Shown here one piece after another: positions 50,022 to 61,899 of a stretch of DNA of 64,000 bases. Source of the DNA: Octopus sinensis. Taxonomy: Eukaryota. A program made the translations under genes and the position numbers. Position 1 is the stretch's first letter; the number at the start of each line of letters is the position of its first letter. Location: NCBI RefSeq assembly GCF_006345805.1, contig NC_043000.1, positions 140,554,001-140,618,000 of the forward strand. Direction: 5' to 3'. The notes under the pieces were generated by a model. That model did no database searches. It had not been told where the DNA came from and saw nothing but the letters and a program-made list of their open reading frames with translations.

Positions 50022-50727
50022 GCTTACACATATTCTTTCTCACCCTCTGTAATAGTTCCTCTTTTTTAGTCTATGCCTGTTTCTCTCACTGTCTCCTTAA
50101 CTCATTCACACACTAACTTCAGTCTACAAATTGGCTTCCGTGTATTTCAATTAATCGTGCGTAAAAATTTATGTTGTTACGGTTTTTGTACGTTCTCCCT
50201 GAAAAATGATTTAGTTATTTTTTATTTTTGTTCACCCAGTGCGTTTAAATTCAGTTTTTCCACATCTGCCCAAAAATTGACATGTAGCTTAAAAAAAGTA
50301 AATTTTTAAGCTACACGTCAACTCGTGACATCGAGTGATTGCAAGACACAAGCGAGATGAGACTTTCCCAACATCAGCAAATGTATACTGCACCACGTCA
50401 AATGGAGTCGCAAGACAGAAGCGAGATGAGACTTTCCAGAGATCAGCAAAGGCATACTGCAGTACATCAGATGAAGTCTGAAGAGAGAAGCGAGATGAGA
50501 CTTTCTCAAGATTAGCAAAGGCACGCACATATCCCCTACCGCAATTTTCCATGACATCTTAGGGTCTGGAATACTCCAAACGGATGCAAGACATATTGCT
50601 TAGTCGGATTAGCCCATTATTTACTCCACAAATGTTTTGTCAATGCCGCACTTATGTTTCAACATAACTGTAATGTATATACAAACTGTCATTTTAAATC
50701 TTGAGCAACACCGGGTATTTCTGCTAG
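49759..50727 (+). mobile_element. Non-autonomous Helitron carrying a 69-bp (23-codon) repeat relic
   Basis: A|TCTATAGTTATAAAA start; TTGAGCAACACCGGG-TATTTCTG-CTAG end (followed by G rather than T); repeat anchors at 50351, 50420, 50489. Confidence 0.65.
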
Positions 50728-51216
50728 GAGCCTATAAATAGTCATAAAAGATGCCAGGTTTCAGAGTGTCTTGGATCGAGTTTCGAACTGCACACACTCT
50801 TGTCCCTCTAATCTCTGTTTACCGCTGCAATTGTCGTGGCAGACATGATGACGCTGCGCGTGTGTTCATATTTCATTATGTTAAAGCCAGCTCAGTGGTA
50901 AACTTTGGACAGTCAGTCCATGTGTGTTGTATTACACTATTTTCAACTTGCTGATTTTATATGTATATTGTAAATGCATCACCATCCTTTTATGACTAGT
51001 GCAGCGTAATAACTCATATTTAAATGTTTACGTGGTCCATTATACACAGATTACAGCAAACGAACCAACATCTCATTTCAGCAACATTGAGATACATCTT
51101 TGAGCAACAATTGGTGACTTTTGACGCTAGAAATAGCAGTCAATACATTCAACAACAAATTCATTGAAAATTTTAAACGGTGTCTTGGTTTTGTATGGGA
51201 AAGATAGGAAAGCTAA

Positions 51217-51376
51217 TCAGGCGTGTTTGTGTGGTAAGAAGCTTGCTTCCCAAACACATGGTTCCGGGTTCTGTCTCACTGCGTGGCACCTCGAGAAAGT
51301 GTCTTTTACTATAGTCTCGGGCCGGCCAAAGTGTTGTGAGTGGATTTGGTCGACGGAAACTGAAAGAATCCCGTCG

Positions 51377-51408
<32 letters not shown>

Positions 51409-51608
51409 GTGTGTGTTTTTGTGCCTGTGTTTGTCACCCCACCATAGCTTGACAACTGATGTTGGTGTGTTTACGTCCCTGTAACTTAGCGGTTCAGCAA
51501 AAGACACCGTTAGGATAAGTCCTGGAGTCGATTTCTTCGATTACAAAACCCTTTAAGGTAATACTCCAGCATAGCCACAGTCAAATGACTGAAACAAATA
51601 AAAGAATA
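51217..51608 (+). mobile_element. Family A SINE, diverged
   Basis: Family A head, (TA)n and tail. Confidence 0.8.
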
Positions 51609-53355
51609 ACATATCTAAATGCCCATCTAATCATGCCATAAAGGATTGTAATAGTCTCCTTATAATTGGCTATGACACAATTAGCCTAAGTAAATCACAA
51701 CATCCTATTCACTTTTTTATTTCTTCAACAACACCAACAACTATGAAAGGATAGAGGAAACAACACAGTTTGGCTGGTGCTGGATTGAACTCATGATTTT
51801 TGATAAGCTCAACAAGCCAGGGAGCAAAAATCATACATGCCTTGTAAAGATCAGTTATCTAGCTGATTCAAATATCTCGGTAAAAGTTTCGGAGAAAGAG
51901 AACATCTATGGAGAACTAATGAGAATTTTTCAACTCTTTATATCCAAGCAGTAAAATTTCATTTGCATTTACTATCATACGTACACTGGACTGGTTTTGC
52001 AGGGATTCTTTAAAATGAAGAAAAACATGCTTCAAATAAAATCGATTAGGTGTACAGTGCAAAGTTCGTAAAACATTCTAGGGTTTCTCCAGCATTGGAC
52101 ACACGCACGTTAACAGCAATGAAACATGCATACTTGTATACTAAAGAGACATGCACCTCCGCTACAAAAGTACAGATTTATCCACACTCACACATAGGCT
52201 CATATCAACCTATTAACGAATCCCATTGGCTTATCAAAAGAACCTTGTCACTTTGTTAGTAATGGAATTGAATTCTGTAAAGGAAATAATCAAATAAATC
52301 TCAAAGGAAAGCATGCATTCACACATGAATACATACATACATGCATACGTGTGTGTATAGATAGATAGATAAAGGACAAAAAATGGAATGAACGGTATTC
52401 CCTATTTAAAAATCACTACAATTGTTTCAACACATTTTTACACTTGTATCACATTGGTGTGATACAGTAATCATTATCATCAGGAAGCCAATAACTGCAG
52501 ACAAGCATTGCATATATATATATATATTTGAAAGAGAGACAGACAGAGACTTTTACTCATGTATACAGATGTAGAACATCTCTCCAGTTTATTTATGACC
52601 AAAAGTAGTAAAAATTATCTTTACATAACTGGGCTAAATAATCTCTCATTACCTGACCTGGAGCTATCTGTAGATTTCCATGTGACATGCATGTATACAG
52701 GTCTCCGTAAGTGTATACACATGCATCTACAGTGAGTATACATAAATATAAAGCGTCTATAAGCAACATCACATACCTGTACACACACACCGATCTCCAT
52801 GTATATAGATATGCAGTCACACGTATATGCGTACACCCACATCAGATCACACATCAACCGAAATAGAGGTGTAAAGGGAAAATAGAAGGATTTTTGTAGG
52901 CTTGATTGGTTGTTCAGTATTTAAAAAGAACAGGAGAAAGAGATTAGAAAAGGGAAGAAACAAGGGTAACTCAGAAATGCATGAAAAGGTGGGTGAGTTG
53001 AACTAGGAGTCTGATTGAAACTATTCTAGATTCAGTCGTCTGTTGTATTCTGTATTAATTAATGTGGTTTAAATTGTTGCTGGTTTAGAAGACGAGGAGG
53101 TAGTTTCTGCTATAGTAGTAAATGTTTGTTCAAATGTGCATTTGAAAGGATAAGCATGACCTCGTGTTTAACTAGTTGTTGGAAGTTCTTATATTTCAAA
53201 ACATAAGGCTGTGCACGCGACTCTTCATTTAGTTTATATAAGTTCTGCGCCATTCCAATAATTTCTACTCAATGCTGAATTATTTGCTAAAGTGCAAAAT
53301 ATGAATTCATACTTCGTGCCTTTTCCGTCTTGATATGTCTGAATGTGACAGCACC

Positions 53356-53738
53356 TTTACTCTTTACTCTTTTACTTGTTTCAGTCATCTGACCGCGGCC
53401 ATGCTGGAGCACCGCCTTTTAATCGAGCAACTCGACCCCAGGACTTATTCTATCGGTCTGTTTTGCCGAACCGCTAAGTAACGGGGACATAAACACACCA
53501 GCATCGGTTGTCAAGCAATGCTAGGGGGACAAACACAGACACACAAACATACACACGCATATATATATATATACATATATACGACGGCTTCTTTCAGTTT
53601 CCGTCTACCAAATCCACTCACAAGGCTTTGGTTGGCCCGAGGCTATAGTAGAAGACACTTGCCCAAGGTGCTACGCAGTGGGACTGAACCCGGAACCATG
53701 TGGTTGGTAAGCAAGCTACTTACCATACAGCCACTCCT
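53356..53738 (-). mobile_element. Family A SINE
   Basis: Reverse complement, near consensus. Confidence 0.85.
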
Positions 53739-53924
53739 ACGCCTTTGTTTATAATATGCCTTAACTTCGCATTCAGTCATGCCTATATATAGTTTCAGTT
53801 TAGTATAAGAAACAGTTTTTACTCTCTCTGAGAAACAATAACTGATGTATTCCCTACGGAATTACTATTCGTTAGTACTTTAAGACTTTACATCAAACTT
53901 TATGCATAAAATCATAAACATAGT

Positions 53925-54455
53925 CGCAGGCGTGGCTGTGTAAGAGATCTATTGCCTCCTTAATTTTGCCTCAAAATGTTTTATAAAAGAACAATGTGCT
54001 CGGGTATACAGCAATCGGTGGGCGTTATTGTTGCCCTCATTTTTCACCATTTCATTTGTCATTCATATCATTATGTGCGTGTCCAACCCGCAGCTTCCTT
54101 TCTGTGTAAGGCCCTTGTGGCCAGTCAAATAAATAAAAGAAGCTTGCTTCTCAACCACATGTTTCTGGGTTCATTCCCACTGCGTGACACCTTCGGCAAG
54201 TGTCTTCTACTATAAGCTCGGGCCGACCAAAGCCTTGTGAGTGGATTTGGTAGATGGAAGCTGAAAGAAGCCCGTCGTGTATATATATATATGTATGTAT
54301 GTATATACATGTGTGTTTGTGTCTGTGCTTGTCCCCCTCCCCACCATCGCCTGACACCTGTTGGTGTGTTATGTCCCCCGTAAGATAGCGGTTCGGCAAA
54401 ATGATTCAATAGAATTAGTACTAGGCTTACAAAGAACAAGTCCTGGGGTCGATTT
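53925..54455 (+). mobile_element. Family A SINE with a ~190-bp (TAAA)n-tailed insert in its head
   Basis: GGCGTGGCTGTGTAAGA, then insert ending AAATAAATAA, then AAGAAGCTTGCTTCTCAACCAC resumes. Confidence 0.75.
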
Positions 54456-54864
54456 TTCAAAGAAGGAAATTTGCGTAAAATGTTATGAAATCCAATGATT
54501 CATAAGGGAAAACTGGAATTCAACATCCAACATGTGAACCACTGAGTTTTCTCTTCACAAAAATAGTTGAAACTAGTGAAAGGTCTATTTGCTGTCTAAT
54601 GTAACAGCATATATATCTTTCACATAAGATTTGATAATACTGCTCTGAAACGAATAAATTTGAGATTCTTATCATTACAGGATATGAAAATCTCCACAGT
54701 TCATCAAAATTTTAACAAAATAGTTGTTTACTTGACATTATCAGCTTCAGATATCTTGTTGATATTTACTCAAAATTCTTTCGTACTTATTTTCACTGAG
54801 GCAATAAAATTTTTATAACTGCTTATTTTGTTTTGTAATTTTCTTAAAAGTGTAAACACATATT

Positions 54865-55078
54865 CTTTTCTACTCTAGGCACAAGGCCCGAAATGTTTGG
54901 AGAGTAGCCAGTCGATTAGATCGATCCTAGTACGCAACTGGTACTTAATTTATCGACCCCGAAAGGATGAAAGGCAAAGTCGACCTCTGCGGAATTTGAA
55001 CTCAGAGTATAAAAACAGACGAAATACCGCTAAGCGTGTCGCCTGGCGCGCTAACGTTTCTGCCAGCTCACCACCTTA
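54865..55078 (-). mobile_element. Family B SINE
   Basis: Meta-like core, CpGs intact. Confidence 0.8.
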
Positions 55079-55254
55079 ATTTTATTGAATAAATAATATT
55101 ATATATAATGGGGTAACTCGTATACCTCCCAGAGAAGCTATTTAGTTTGTAGTGACTTCATTTAGGCATAGAGTAGATTCGAACCCAAATCTTCCAATTT
55201 TCTTTAACATTTCAACAGCACTTTTCCCACAGAAAAACGGTGGTTGGCAGCACC

Positions 55255-56447
55255 TTTTCATTTTGAAAGCCAGATTTTCCTAGTTAACTAAACAATTTGA
55301 AACTTCGTATACTGGTAGAATGTGTCAAAAGAAAACATAATTGTAAACCAAAATGAAAACGGAATTGTAATTTCTAAGTTTAACGTTGTTTAATAATTCG
55401 AATTTACTGCCTCTCAAAATATTGTTACTGTGACGTAAATAGCTATTTTGTGACGTAGTTAACGTAAACATAAAATGTAAACATCCGCTTATCGTAACTA
55501 AACACTTTCAAACTTCGTGGAGTATATATAAAATTTGTTCAGATCCTAAATAGCAAAATTCTTTTTGAAAGTCTTAGTATATATAAAATGAGTGTTTAAA
55601 TTATTTTCCATTGTTTGCATTGCTTACACACACACACACACATACATACATACACACATACTAAAATTACATCGTTGGAGCAGTAATTTATTTATGTATT
55701 TTTTGTTATACAATTTATTTTTAAGCTGAATCCCTATCCTGCCATTAACCTCTTTCTTATAAAATAGTTGAAGAATCTGGGGTGTAGGAATTGGGCCAGT
55801 ATTGGAACTTTTAACTTCTTGCTCTCTATCTTATGATCTCCGAAATTTAAGAATCTTGTGTTGACTGGGCTCTTATTATTTACTCTGACTCTGCCACCAT
55901 CTCAATGCAAAGACTATCAATATCAGAATCATCTTCACAACCACCACTACAACCATTACTACAACCTCCAATGCCACCACCACAACCATCTTCTGCAACC
56001 ACAACCCCAAGATCAATACCAGCATCATATTCAAAATCACCAATTTCACCACCACTACACTCTGCAATGTCTTCAACACTACCATCCATGAGACATCCTA
56101 ACATAATCAATGCTACTACTACTATCATCATCATTATCATCATCATCCACTGCCGCCACCACCACCACTGCCATGATAACCACATCTACTACAGCTGTTT
56201 GCTTGCTGCTTACCCACTCACAAAATAGCTGTCTACGTCACAGTAACACTATGCAGCTAATAATTTCAAATGAAAACAGACAATACGATTGGTTAAAATT
56301 CGCAGATTTAAACTACGTTTAAACTTATAAAATACATTTTGTCAAAAAAACTAGTTGAAATTATTATTTTCTTTTGACACATTCTACCAGTATGCGAAGT
56401 TTCAAATTATTTAGTTAACTAGAAAAATCTGGCTTTCAAAATGAAAA
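55255..56447. repeat. ~86-bp inverted repeats (55255-55340, 56361-56447) bracketing a low-complexity (CAC/CAT)n core
   Basis: TTTTGAAAGCCAGATTTT...CTGGTAGAATGTGTCAAAAG and its reverse complement. Confidence 0.75.
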
Positions 56448-56716
56448 AATCCAAATTTCATTTCAGAAGAAATGCCGCTATGCATTTTGTCCAACATACT
56501 CACGATTTTGCCGGCTCGAAACTCGGGCCTTGAAACGATAGTTAATATTGGAAATCCCTGCAAAATGTTTGATGGTTTGCAATCCTAACATTTTGTAGTT
56601 CTGAATTTCCATTAATCTGTTAACGATACATTGGTTTACAAAATTTTCTGTCACTGCTTGACCAGTTCACAGTTTATGACGTAAGCCAATGTGTTTGCTT
56701 GATGTTTCGTCATAAC

Positions 56717-57000
56717 AGACAATCTTACGGTTCTAGTATATTTTACGTCAACTGACCACGTGAATTTGTTTATATATGATCGTCGATTTCCGTAAAAAAC
56801 CTTTTATCTTTTTACATATGGGGTTGGGCGGAAATGGGATCTTTGGGGTTAGGGTTAGGGTTACGACCCTAACCCCAAAGATCCCATTTCCCCCCAACCC
56901 CATATGTAAAAAATAAATGTAAAAAAATAAAAAATTTTTACGGAAATCGACGATCATATATAAACAAATACACGTGGCCAGTAGAACCGTAAGATTGCCC
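56717..57000. mobile_element. Foldback MITE-like element with a (TTAGGG)n core
   Basis: Arms CAATCTTACGGTTCTA / TAGAACCGTAAGATTG; centre GGGGTTAGGGTTAGGGTTACGACCCTAACCCC. Confidence 0.8.
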
Positions 57001-57239
57001 TGTTTTTTGTAAATAAAACGTGCAATGTGCGTATGTTGTGCAAAGCGATAAAAATGAGTGTCTAAGTTCTAAACCCTATCTGTAAGTTACATCGATAATT
57101 TAGGGTCATGTTTGTTTGCATTAATACTACAAACACAGTGACAGCCTTCTTTTGCTACTTCCATTGAAGCAGCCATCTTCCGACGCATGTAAATTTTTTG
57201 CAAATGTTAAAAATGTGTTACCGTTTGAAAACCTTTCAT

Positions 57240-57781
57240 CTATCATAGTAAATGGAGGAGATGCTCGAATATTACAATGACATTTGGTGGTAAAATGAAA
57301 TAAAAACGATTATTTCTTTTCCTTGGGTAAACTGGAAAGAAAACAACAACATGGAGCTTTGTGAAAATTCCCTGTTCAAAGAAAATAGCAACAATGGTAT
57401 TAATTGTTCTCGATTTGGGCCAGCAATTTTGAGGGAAGTAGTCAATAACATGAGTACTTGATTTGGACTTTATTCTATCGACCCTGGAAGAAAGAAAGTC
57501 GGATTTGAGTTTGGCAGGATATAAACACAAAACGAGAAGAGCCAGAATAAACAACACAGGGAATTTGTGGTCGCTGATAAAGGCAGTAGTAGTACCAATA
57601 ATTGTCGGAGCCCTGGTAACAATGAGTAAAAATCATTAGAATTACATGGAACAAATAGGGGCTGCAATAATGGTCGAATACTCCGGATGGTGTTTGAAAA
57701 ATAAGGGGTGCTACCTTAGTTCACTGGTAGTGAACAGCTGACATCGTAGTACATCTCTAGCATTAGGAGCTGTACAAAGAC

Positions 57782-57785
<4 letters not shown>
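57240..57785 (+). mobile_element. Decayed R4/Dong-like LINE 3' fragment with (AAT)n tail
   Basis: NLWSLIKAVVVPIIVGALVTMSKNH*NYMEQIG, then (AAT)n at 57783-57830. Confidence 0.7.
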
Positions 57786-57827
<42 letters not shown>

Positions 57828-57959
57828 TAATGACGATGATGAAGATGATAATTGTTATTATTATTATTAATATTATTGTTATCATTATTGTAATTAGTAT
57901 TATTATCATCATCATCATTATCATTAATATCATTATATTTTAAAAGAAGTGACGTAACA

Positions 57960-58320
57960 CTTCACAAAGGTAAACAGACAAGACGAAGAACATGATGCGA
58001 TTGCAATAGATATTTTGGCGATCTTTTGGTACAAGTACCATAACTGCCAATTATAAACCCATGTGGGTTTATTTACATTTCTGAAGAAAAAAGAAACCCG
58101 TTTCCCCCAACCTAACCCTAACCCTAACTCCACATATATAAAAAAAAATTACGGTAAGTGACGATCTTCTTCAAATGTAAACAAACAGACTTGACAGTTA
58201 TGGTACTTGTACCGAAAGATCGCCATAATTTGGAATTTTTATCACTTTTTAATTGAACCCAACAAAAACAGGCTCGCTGTTGAAATATCTATTGCAATCA
58301 CATCAAGCTCTTCATCTTGT
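57960..58320. mobile_element. Related foldback element with a (CCCTAA)n core
   Basis: Nested inverted repeats GGCGATCTTTTGGTACAAGTACCATAACTG and TGCAATAGATATTT; core CCTAACCCTAACCCTAAC. Confidence 0.7.
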
Positions 58321-58353
58321 CCATCATTATTATTATTATTATTATTATTATTA

Positions 58354-59040
58354 AGGCAGTGAGCTGGCAGAATTGTTAGCACACCATGCAGTATTTTACC
58401 TGTCTTTACATTCTCAGTTCAGATGCCCCTGTGGTCAACTTTGCCTTTCATCCTTTAGGGGTCAATAGATTAAGTACCACTGAAGCAATGGATATATAAT
58501 CGACTAGACCCCATCCTCAAATTTCAGGCCTAATGCCTATAGTAGAAAGAATTATTATTATCAATGTTTGAAATACGAAGAATTTGGAAGCACTTAGAAG
58601 ACTGCTGTAAACTTGTAGATACCTAAGGTTACTGCTAGTAACTCACTATCCCCATAATTCATACCAGGAGTAAGACTGGACCCAAACCAAACCAAAATAA
58701 AAGAATTAACAATCTTTTCTACTAAAAGTACAAGGTCAAAATGCAGCTAATAATTTTGCCTGGTGTGCTAATGATTCTGCCAGCTTACTGACTTAATAAT
58801 AATGTTAATATCAGCAACATCATGATGACTTATTTGTTTGGCTTCTTTGCCTTTCTGAGCAAAATGCTTTCTGGTATATTGCACATCTTTATGTTCTGAG
58901 TTCAAATTTCGCCAAGGCCAGCTTTTCCTTTCATCCTTAAGGAGTCAGTCAAATAAAGATCAGTTGAACACTGGGGTTGATGTAATCAAATTACCCCACT
59001 CCCTGAACTTGCTGACTTTGTGCTAAAATATGAAACTATT
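58354..59040 (+). mobile_element. Degenerate family B SINE copies with (ATT)n spacers
   Basis: Meta-like cores near 58440 and 58920. Confidence 0.7.
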
Positions 59041-59057
59041 ATTATTATTATTATAAC

Positions 59058-59604
59058 TGAGGTAAGAGTGCTGTGCATGCCATCAAAGGGTAAGTGCGAT
59101 AAAATATACGAAGCCCAGTATACCCATCATGACTACCCGTCTGATAAGAGTACACTAGGCACACGCATCACAACCATATGTGCGTGACATTGTGATCTCA
59201 TATCAAGATAAACAGCACATGACCTTGCAGGTGGGGCCCAGTTAGAATTTTCTTCTGGTCGAGTAACCCATCCTGCTCAAAAGGTCCCTGAATAAGGGTT
59301 GTTTAAGGATGTTGAACAAAACACCCATGTTTCCAAAAGTGAATTATTCAAACTCCAAAGAATCCCTCTCAACACATGACTATGATGCTCCCCCACTACT
59401 TCTGCTCGTGATCAGAGATGTACATATTGTCAGCCACTAAGGGACATGCTCAACTGGTTAAAGTCAAACAACTGACAAGTAAATCTGTGGTATTGAGCAG
59501 AATATTTGCTGTAGCCCATCTTTTATACCAAGATAAAACAACGTACATGATAACACTTCCAATCAGAAGCCATGAGAGCCTCTGCCTGGTACTGCATTAG
59601 GGCA
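59058..59604 (-). mobile_element. Family E retroelement
   Basis: Reverse complement of 23038-23576. Confidence 0.8.
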
Positions 59605-59741
59605 ATTATTATTATTATTAATTATTATTATATTATTATTAATTATTATTATTATTAATTATTATTAATTATTATTATTATAATTATTATTAATATTATT
59701 ATATTAATTATCATTATTATTAATATTATTATTATTATTAA

Positions 59742-59828
<87 letters not shown>
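59605..59828. repeat. (ATT)n microsatellite
   Basis: Direct inspection. Confidence 0.95.
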
Positions 59829-60020
59829 AGGCAGTGAACTGGTAGACTCATTAGCATGCCAAGCAAAATGGTAAGTGGAATTTTATCCACTTTTATGTTC
59901 TAAGTTTAAATTCTGCCAAAGTTGTCTTTGTTCTTTCGTCCCTTTAGGGTTGATAAACTAATTACTACTAAACCTTTCCCCCGAAACTTTCAGGCTTTGT
60001 ACCAATAATAGAAAGGATTA
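59829..60020 (+). mobile_element. Family B SINE, degenerate
   Basis: Head GGCAGTGAACTGG; tail CAGGCTTTGTACCAATAATAGAAAGGATTATT. Confidence 0.65.
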
Positions 60021-60404
60021 TTAGCATTAGCGTTATTAAGGCAACAAGCTGACAGAATTATTAGCATGCCAAAATGTTTGTAATATTTCATTTTTGAAAA
60101 TGTTGCATTAACATTGCATGTATGTTAATAATTTATCAGCCACCCCTCTTTCTTTTGCTCATCTTTATTCTTCTCTTCTTGTACATACCATCATCATACA
60201 CTGATGGTAATGCATTTAAATCTCCACCACCACTCTTATTACTTACCATCTATTACATCTTTTTATGGCTTCAGCAAGATCAGAAAAGGGAAGGATGAAG
60301 AGCAGTGTGCACTTTTAAACAGCCTTGAACACATATTAGTGAAAGGAGAAAGAAATTGTGTTCAATGGATTCCTGCAATAGAAATTACAACCATGTTTCA
60401 TGGT

Positions 60405-60605
60405 CTGCTACCACAACAGCTCCTTTATAGGATCCAGTTAGCTCAAGACATCATGTCCGGTTTCGGCTCCTACTCCTCTACCGTTTTGACATGGCAGGGC
60501 CCCTTCTTTTGGAGGTGTCTTCAGGTGTTGGGTGCATGTCTTCTTTCTTCTTCTTTCTTCTGTTCCCTGGCTTCTTCGATGTATCGTCAGCAAGTGTCAG
60601 CCGGT
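60405..60605 (-). mobile_element. Second copy of the 44610-44825 repeat
   Basis: GGTCTGCTACCACAACAGCTCCTTTATAGGATCCAGTTAGCTCAA matches in reverse complement. Confidence 0.8.
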
Positions 60606-61570
60606 GACTGACTGACTTGTCAAATTTTTCCCTTTTGTACCATATAACTTTTGTTATATGATACAAACCATATAACAAAAGTTATGTGGTCTGATTTGGC
60701 CTGAAAGACATCCCAAAGCCAAAACAGGATGTTGAAATGAACATTCCATCTGATTGTTACCATTTCCCTAATTTCACTCATAAGGCATATATTGATCTGA
60801 GACTATTGTAGAAGACACTTATGAATCAAATATATAAACATGTGATTATATGGTAAAATTCTTAATCAATATGGCAATGACTTACATAGCAAAACTTCAT
60901 TATTTCATCAATATACAAGCCAATGACAATCTTGTCTTTGGATTTTTAGTCCTAAAACAACCTACAAATTGTTGTGCTTAGTTTATTTTAGAAATAACAT
61001 GAAGGCTGTTGAGAGAGTCTTACTTTTTGCTCCAGTGACTAAATGTCTAATGCACTGCACCCTATACAGTAAACCATTGTATCATGTATTATATGATAGA
61101 ACTACTACCAATCCCAACAGCAACACTGTATCTTGTCATTGCTATTGTGGACGCCCTCTCCCTATTTAGTTGTCACATTCGAACACACAGACACAGTCTT
61201 TTCAGTTTCTTGACCGTTAATTCTTGCTATCTCTCTCTGCCTTCAAAACACACTTTCACGCATTCAAAGACGCACACACATACATTAAGGCAATTTTTCA
61301 CACTCATACATTCTAGCACTCATTCATAAAATAAATCAAATATAAACACCAGTCATACAGAATACATTCACACTCTTTAATTTTCCTATACCTTCCTTCT
61401 ACTACCTTGATTCTGACCTTGAACTATCTCAACGGACAATCTCTTCTGCTTTCATCCAATCCGGCGTCAACCCATATAAATAGACATTTTTTATCATTAA
61501 TTTCATGGGCTCCTCGTGAGCAGTTGTCGAAAAGCTTGTTGTGCATTTTGTTGGAGAATTAAGTTCCTGG

Positions 61571-61656
61571 ATTTTCCTGAAGAGAAAGCTGCATAATGGA
61601 CTCCTTATTCAATCGGAATTAGGGAGTTTGCAGACTTCGAAACATATGTCGAAAAT
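61571..61656 (+). ncRNA. Type I hammerhead ribozyme with intact catalytic core (Penelope-type, palindromic stem III)
   Basis: Stem I ATTTTC/GAAAAT (6 bp); CTGAAGA 61577-83; G10.1-C11.1-closed 55-nt stem II; GAA; ACATATGT palindrome; GUC triplet, predicted cleavage after 61650. Confidence 0.85.
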
Positions 61657-61859
61657 AAAATAAAGGAATTTTGTTACATCTTCGTTCAGCTCCATTCTTT
61701 CTTATACTTAATATATAAAACTTCAAATTTTCGCACTAAGGCACGGATTTTATGCCCTATGGTCGTAACTTCAACTGTGCCCTTTCTGTTGTGAATTTTG
61801 CTACCCAGGTATCATTTATCTTTCGAATTATCCGTAATAAGATAATTCATTTGTCTACT

Positions 61860-61899
<40 letters not shown>

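Noticed and set aside
50341-50525. CRISPR-like repeat-spacer array
   Set aside because: The whole 69-bp unit is homologous, with no unique spacers; eukaryotic context and no cas genes
55858-56322. Pro/Ser/His-rich ORFs in several frames
   Set aside because: Degenerate (CAC/CAT)n low complexity, open on both strands, no splice support
56845-56880. Telomere or chromosome-fusion scar
   Set aside because: Only 2-3 hexamers, embedded in a foldback element
61505-61545. Second hammerhead upstream of the intact one (CTCGTGAG...CGAAAAGCTTG)
   Set aside because: G5 and A6 altered, stem II incomplete, no stem I partner; at most a dead relic
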